Shown here piece after piece: positions 62,801 to 64,000 of a DNA stretch of 64,000 bases. The stretch spans positions 65,096,397 through 65,160,396 of the forward strand of contig NC_068990.1 of NCBI RefSeq assembly GCF_001194135.2, read 5' to 3'. The notes beneath the pieces are model-generated. The model had not been told where the DNA came from. It saw only the letters and a program-made list of their open reading frames with translations, and made no database searches. A program made the translations under genes and the position numbers. The DNA is from Octopus bimaculoides. Lineage: Eukaryota. Within the stretch, counting starts at the first letter, position 1; each line of letters begins with the position of its first letter.

Positions 62801-63869
62801 TACTCCCTTAATGTTCCTATGAAAACATCCACACATTTTCTGAGCACACTACCTTCCTTTTATCACCTTCAGCCATATACCTCCTGTATGGCAAGACACC
62901 TGTGCTGGTTCCTCTATCATACTTTGGCCTTTCAACACCTGGTGTAAAGCCACCCACCTCCATCTTCCCCTCCCAAATTCTTTCTCTTTGTTATTGAAGC
63001 TTTTTCGATTTCCTTTTTCCCTATTGATTTTCATGGCAACCTCACGAGTGCTGGTGGCATATAAAACGCACCCAATGCATTCTGTAAAGTGGTTGGCATT
63101 ACGAAGGGCATCCAACCATAGAAACCAAGCCAAAGATGACATTAGAACCTGACAGAGCCCTGCAGCTCAGCAGTTCTCTGTCAAACTGTCTAACCCATGC
63201 CAGCATGGAAAGTGAATGTTAAATGATGATAATGATGATGACTGTACGCCGGTGTTAAAACGGGGGTAGCTGATGAAGGAAAATGTTCTCTCTGTGGCTT
63301 GTGTGTTTTCTTGTCTACGTTTTGTTTGCAATGTCCTGTACCCAGATATGCACCTATACATACAAGTGGATGTCGGTATGCACATACCTGTACGTATATA
63401 TGCATATACTCATTTACTATTTGTTTATATATATATATATATATATGTTTGAATGCATATACAGGTATTTATTTATGTTTGTTCTTATTATTTTTCTTCA
63501 AAAACAAATATTACATCACTTACCACCACAATAAAATACAACAAACTCATCTGTGTACACACACACACACTACAAACTCCTGCACAATTGTACACCATCC
63601 TTCAAATACTCCTTTCATACAAAACAAAAATCAATACAAAAACACAGGATGAGGCACTGGATTTTGCCGCCAGCGTCGGTTACCCATGTCTACTACGTCC
63701 GTCTTACATACTGAGTGGCTCAGCCATGAATGTAGCTTATGAACCAGAGGAGTTAGAGACATACCTACAACAGGCAACTCAAGTGTCAATGGAGTATCCA
63801 GTGGTCATCACAAAATTTATTGAAGGAGCTAAGGAGATTGAAATGGATGCTGTAGCTGACCACGGTCAT
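4224..63869 (+). CDS. CPS1: Multi-exon carbamoyl-phosphate synthetase, mitochondrial CPS1/CPS III clade (3'-incomplete; one exon in a gap)
   Basis: 26 hand-translated exons join in frame with AG/GT boundaries. They give CPSase small-chain, glutaminase and ATP-grasp motifs ([65 protein letters not shown]). The [18 protein letters not shown] insert and the N-terminal leader match the CPS1/CPS III clade, not CAD. Confidence 0.97.
5328..5660 (+). mobile_element. tRNA-derived SINE, family A
   Basis: ggctgtgtggttaagaagcttg...ggttcagtcccactg head shared with about ten other copies in the window. Confidence 0.8.
6738..6965 (+). mobile_element. SINE family B (further copies 21200-21410, 22078-22295)
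   Basis: gctggcagaatcattagc...ttctgagttcaaattc...gactttgcctttcatcctt...gtaccagttacgcactg shared among copies. Confidence 0.85.
8240..10560 (-). mobile_element. Degraded RTE-clade LINE (APE plus RT)
   Basis: Successive minus-strand ORF pieces: [10 protein letters not shown] (endonuclease), [77 protein letters not shown]; many frameshifts. Confidence 0.9.
11194..11303 (+). CDS. CPS1: CPS exon 2 (110 nt)
   Basis: tag|[37 protein letters not shown]|gtaagt. Confidence 0.95.
12663..12807 (+). CDS. CPS1: CPS exon 3 (145 nt)
   Basis: cag|[29 protein letters not shown]...ESDRIH|gttagt. Confidence 0.96.
13776..13922 (+). CDS. CPS1: CPS exon 4 (147 nt)
   Basis: tag|[49 protein letters not shown]|gtaagg. 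Confidence 0.96.
14640..14732 (+). CDS. CPS1: CPS exon 5 (93 nt)
   Basis: tag|[31 protein letters not shown]|gtaagt. Confidence 0.96.
15330..16060 (-). mobile_element. L1/Tx1-clade LINE 3' fragment
   Basis: [43 protein letters not shown] resembles the post-RT region of L1/Tx1 ORF2; T-rich 3' UTR follows. Confidence 0.7.
16848..16937 (+). CDS. CPS1: CPS exon 6 (90 nt)
   Basis: tag|[30 protein letters not shown]|gtaagt. Confidence 0.96.
17523..17690 (+). mobile_element. SINE family A (5' part, runs into gap)
   Basis: cttcccaaccacatagttccaggttcggtccctctgcatggcaccttgggcaagtgtcttc...gtagatggaaactgaaagaa. Confidence 0.85.
17739..18643. other. Assembly gap (905 N); other gaps at 3356-3365, 23108-23224, 30953-31097, 53002-53547, 58864-59573
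   Basis: Runs of N, mostly flanked by microsatellites. Confidence 0.99.
18860..19170 (+). mobile_element. R4/R2-like (RLE-type) non-LTR retrotransposon fragment
   Basis: [31 protein letters not shown]...[28 protein letters not shown] resembles the pre-RT region of these elements; stops and frameshifts present. Confidence 0.6.
19198..19372 (+). mobile_element. Helitron Rep fragment
   Basis: [45 protein letters not shown] matches the Helitron Rep motif-3 region (NxWVVPYN...SxKYxxKYxxKGxDxA). Confidence 0.7.
20345..20451 (+). CDS. CPS1: CPS exon 8 (107 nt; glutaminase nucleophile Cys)
   Basis: cag|[36 protein letters not shown]|gtaaga; TGT at 20384-20386. Confidence 0.97.
20480..20858 (-). 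mobile_element. SINE family A, full length, antisense
   Basis: Near-identical to 37362-37752 and 56212-56612; reverse complement of the family A head. Confidence 0.9.
22448..22589 (+). CDS. CPS1: CPS exon 9 (142 nt)
   Basis: cag|[47 protein letters not shown]|gttagt. Confidence 0.97.
23817..24072. mobile_element. hAT-type MITE
   Basis: TIRs cagtagttctcaac / gttgagaaacattg; flanking 8-mers ccttagtc / tctttgtc (6/8 identical) are consistent with a decayed 8-bp TSD. Confidence 0.6.
24623..24665 (-). ncRNA. Minimal type I hammerhead ribozyme, copy 1
   Basis: GCUU-CUGAUGA-GAAU(ACAAUAAA)GUUC-GAAA-AUCGAU-UA^AGGC; full core, palindromic helix III AAUCGAUU, helix I GCUU/AGGC. Confidence 0.8.
24929..24971 (-). 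ncRNA. Minimal type I hammerhead ribozyme, copy 2
   Basis: ACCU-CUGAUGA-GAACC(CAAUAA)GGUUU-GAAA-AUUGAU-UA^AGGU; full core, helix I ACCU/AGGU. Confidence 0.75.
25095..25255 (-). mobile_element. pogo/Tigger transposase N-terminal (BrkDBD-like) fragment
   Basis: [40 protein letters not shown], with a frameshift and stops. Confidence 0.6.
26324..26401 (+). CDS. CPS1: CPS exon 10 (78 nt; catalytic His/Glu)
   Basis: cag|[26 protein letters not shown]|gtaatt. Confidence 0.97.
27560..28100 (+). mobile_element. Degraded mariner transposase fragment
   Basis: [30 protein letters not shown] (HTH), [34 protein letters not shown]. Confidence 0.75.
28136..28231 (+). CDS. CPS1: CPS exon 11 (96 nt; interdomain linker)
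   Basis: cag|[32 protein letters not shown]|gtatgt. Confidence 0.9.
28350..28740 (+). mobile_element. CR1/L2-type LINE fragment
   Basis: [17 protein letters not shown] resembles the pre-RT motif DPxNPxNYRPIxLTS; surrounding sequence is C/A-rich coding relic. Confidence 0.5.
29634..29729 (+). CDS. CPS1: CPS exon 12 (96 nt)
   Basis: cag|[32 protein letters not shown]|gtaaga. Confidence 0.97.
31098..31320 (+). repeat. Dispersed PLE-like terminal repeat with a half hammerhead (other copies 63249-63425 and 30550-30605)
   Basis: ccggtgttaaaacgggggtagctgatgaag...ggatgtcggtat(a/g)cacatacctgtacgtatatatgcatat occurs near-identically at these loci. Confidence 0.8.
31416..31605 (+). CDS. CPS1: CPS exon 13 (190 nt)
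   Basis: cag|[33 protein letters not shown]...[10 protein letters not shown]|gtaagt. Confidence 0.97.
31915..32490 (+). mobile_element. SINE family A interrupted by a family B SINE
   Basis: Family A head at 31915-32066 and tail at 32321-32490. Confidence 0.85.
32067..32300 (+). mobile_element. SINE family B nested insertion
   Basis: gagctggcagaa...gttctgagttcaaattccgccgaggtcgac...aataaagaaata; flanking 20-mers 32047-32066 and 32301-32320 are 19/20 identical. Confidence 0.88.
32615..32772 (+). CDS. CPS1: CPS exon 14 (158 nt)
   Basis: tag|[33 protein letters not shown]...APSFAVEN|gtgagt. Confidence 0.97.
35008..35290 (+). mobile_element. tRNA-derived SINE (antisense relative at ~29240-29495)
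   Basis: ggctcagtggttag...gagtttgattcc (A/B-box-like) then gtgttcttgagcaaagcactttatttca...gctccagttca. Confidence 0.7.
35383..35900 (-). mobile_element. SINE with RTE-like 3' tail and internal ~66-nt modules (partial copies 62325-62480, 63035-63243)
   Basis: Tail ccaacccatgc(t/c)agcatggaa...gttaaa(c/t)gatgatg shared among copies; five diverged internal modules. Confidence 0.82.
36000..36128 (+). CDS. CPS1: CPS exon 15 (129 nt)
   Basis: cag|[43 protein letters not shown]|gtacgt. Confidence 0.97.
37362..37752 (-). mobile_element. SINE family A, full length, antisense
   Basis: Same family as 20480-20858. Confidence 0.9.
38376..38520 (+). CDS. CPS1: CPS exon 16 (145 nt)
   Basis: cag|[49 protein letters not shown]|gtaaaa. 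Confidence 0.97.
38552..39650 (+). mobile_element. Degraded Tc1/mariner (DD37D/maT-like) transposon
   Basis: TA|CAGGGTGTGTCA left end; [11 protein letters not shown]...[51 protein letters not shown]; right TIR not found. Confidence 0.85.
40487..40563 (+). CDS. CPS1: CPS exon 17 (77 nt)
   Basis: cag|[25 protein letters not shown]|gtaagt. Confidence 0.96.
41659..41917. repeat. Nested foldback (outer 75-bp IR plus inner 22-bp palindrome)
   Basis: 41659-41733 pairs with 41843-41917 (1 mismatch); 41791-41812 pairs perfectly with 41814-41835. Confidence 0.92.
43034..43167 (+). CDS. CPS1: CPS exon 18 (134 nt)
   Basis: tag|[45 protein letters not shown]|gtaggt. Confidence 0.97.
43797..43995 (+). 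CDS. CPS1: CPS exon 19 (199 nt)
   Basis: cag|[17 protein letters not shown]...[21 protein letters not shown]...MKSVGE|gtaagt. Confidence 0.97.
44178..44640. repeat. Diverged ~240-bp tandem duplication with (CA)n
   Basis: ttaaaat(t/c)caaatctt...gcatctgc...tacactctccaaaatt...ggtgcagaactgg occurs twice in tandem. Confidence 0.75.
45480..47270 (+). mobile_element. Degraded RTE-clade LINE (second family)
   Basis: [13 protein letters not shown]...[67 protein letters not shown]. Confidence 0.88.
47491..47667 (+). CDS. CPS1: CPS exon 20 (177 nt)
   Basis: tag|[26 protein letters not shown]...TRIHSIAK|gtgagg. Confidence 0.96.
48487..48855 (+). mobile_element. SINE family A, sense
   Basis: ggtgccggcatgactgtgtggtaagaagc...ccaggttcagtcccactgcgtggcacc...gactgaaacgagtaaaagaataaaa. 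Confidence 0.88.
49000..49118 (+). CDS. CPS1: CPS exon 21 (119 nt)
   Basis: tag|[40 protein letters not shown]|gtaagt. Confidence 0.95.
49814..49955 (+). CDS. CPS1: CPS exon 22 (142 nt)
   Basis: tag|[22 protein letters not shown]...IIPWVKQ|gtatgt. Confidence 0.96.
51061..51126 (+). CDS. CPS1: CPS exon 23 (66 nt)
   Basis: cag|[22 protein letters not shown]|gtaagt. Confidence 0.97.
51698..51862 (+). mobile_element. SINE family A, 5' half
   Basis: aggcacaagtgtggctgtgcagtgagaagtttgcttccc...ggtagaaagaaactgaaagaa. Confidence 0.8.
53596..53790 (+). repeat. Retroelement terminal repeat with a mutated hammerhead (53653-53698)
   Basis: GACAC-CUGAUGA-A-GGCUG(GAAAGUAUAU)CAGCC-AAAA-UGUU^GUGUU: helices I and II intact, G12 replaced by A. 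Confidence 0.75.
55112..55246 (+). CDS. CPS1: CPS exon 24 (135 nt)
   Basis: tag|[45 protein letters not shown]|gtatgt. Confidence 0.96.
55281..55659 (+). mobile_element. Young tRNA-derived SINE with 12-bp TSD
   Basis: tRNA-like head ggcccagtggttagggcagcggactcgcggtc...gtttcaattccc, (ACA)n tail, TSD aatctatagaca at 55269-55280 and 55660-55671, CpGs retained. Confidence 0.9.
56212..56612 (-). mobile_element. SINE family A, antisense
   Basis: Same family as 20480-20858. Confidence 0.88.
56919..57029 (+). CDS. CPS1: CPS exon 25 (111 nt)
   Basis: tag|[37 protein letters not shown]|gtgagt. Confidence 0.97.
57334..60860. repeat. Complex higher-order local repeat spanning the 58864-59573 gap
   Basis: Block atgagcattaataaaagtca...aaacctaaatctgactg recurs at ~57400, ~58300 and ~60250; sub-modules recur at 57643, 60425 and 60623. 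Confidence 0.85.
57885..58270. repeat. 148-bp tandem repeat, ~2.6 copies
   Basis: gacaaatgg starts at 57885, 58033 and 58181; copies 1 and 2 are nearly identical. Confidence 0.92.
60941..61015 (+). repeat. 19-bp tandem repeat x4 (tacaaacagactaataaga)
   Basis: Units start at 60941, 60960, 60979 and 60998. Confidence 0.95.
61092..61286 (+). CDS. CPS1: CPS exon 26 (195 nt)
   Basis: tag|[21 protein letters not shown]...[38 protein letters not shown]|gtaagt. Confidence 0.97.
62490..62690 (+). mobile_element. RTE LINE RT fragment
   Basis: [24 protein letters not shown]...[14 protein letters not shown]; homologous to the 9239-9508 region. Confidence 0.65.
63648..63869 (+). CDS. CPS1: CPS exon 27 (222 nt)
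   Basis: cag|[30 protein letters not shown]...[19 protein letters not shown]|gtaaat; the acceptor is atypical (see findings). Confidence 0.92.
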
Positions 63870-64000
63870 GTAAATATAATTTGGATTCTCTCTTTCATTT
63901 TCGTACCCCCCACCACTATTTAAAACAACTCTTTAGTTACTCTCTCTCAAAACTATTTCTTTTTTTTCTTTCTTTCTCCCTTCTTCTTACATTTCTTTTT

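Noticed and set aside
4224-63869. CAD (pyrimidine CPS II) as the gene identity
   Set aside because: The N-terminal leader, [11 protein letters not shown] insert, [16 protein letters not shown] and exon sizes fit CPS1/CPS III; the final check needs the 3' exons outside the window
4347-63870. Minor-spliceosome (U12) introns
   Set aside because: All donors are GT with U2-type extensions; none has GTATCCTT or AT-AC

Overview
AT-rich, microsatellite- and SINE-dense animal DNA with six N-gaps. The repeat families look cephalopod (probably Octopus; inference, no database check). The window is occupied by one large + strand gene, a mitochondrial-type carbamoyl-phosphate synthetase of the CPS1/CPS III clade. 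I traced 26 coding exons (4224-63869), all with AG acceptors and GT donors and with matching phases. One further exon of about 129 nt is predicted inside the gap at 17739-18643, and the 3' end lies beyond the window. The glutaminase Cys-His-Glu triad is intact, so the enzyme looks like glutamine-using CPS III rather than ammonia-only CPS I. Introns hold relics of RTE, L1/Tx1, R4-like, CR1/L2, Penelope, mariner/DD37D, pogo, hAT, Kolobok and Helitron elements, plus several tRNA-derived SINE families. The best unexpected signal is a set of hammerhead-ribozyme motifs. Most notable is an antisense 306-nt tandem duplication (24546-25085): each unit has an octamer, a TATA box and a minimal type I hammerhead with a palindromic helix III able to form a double hammerhead. 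The two sense-strand hammerheads are inactivated or incomplete.
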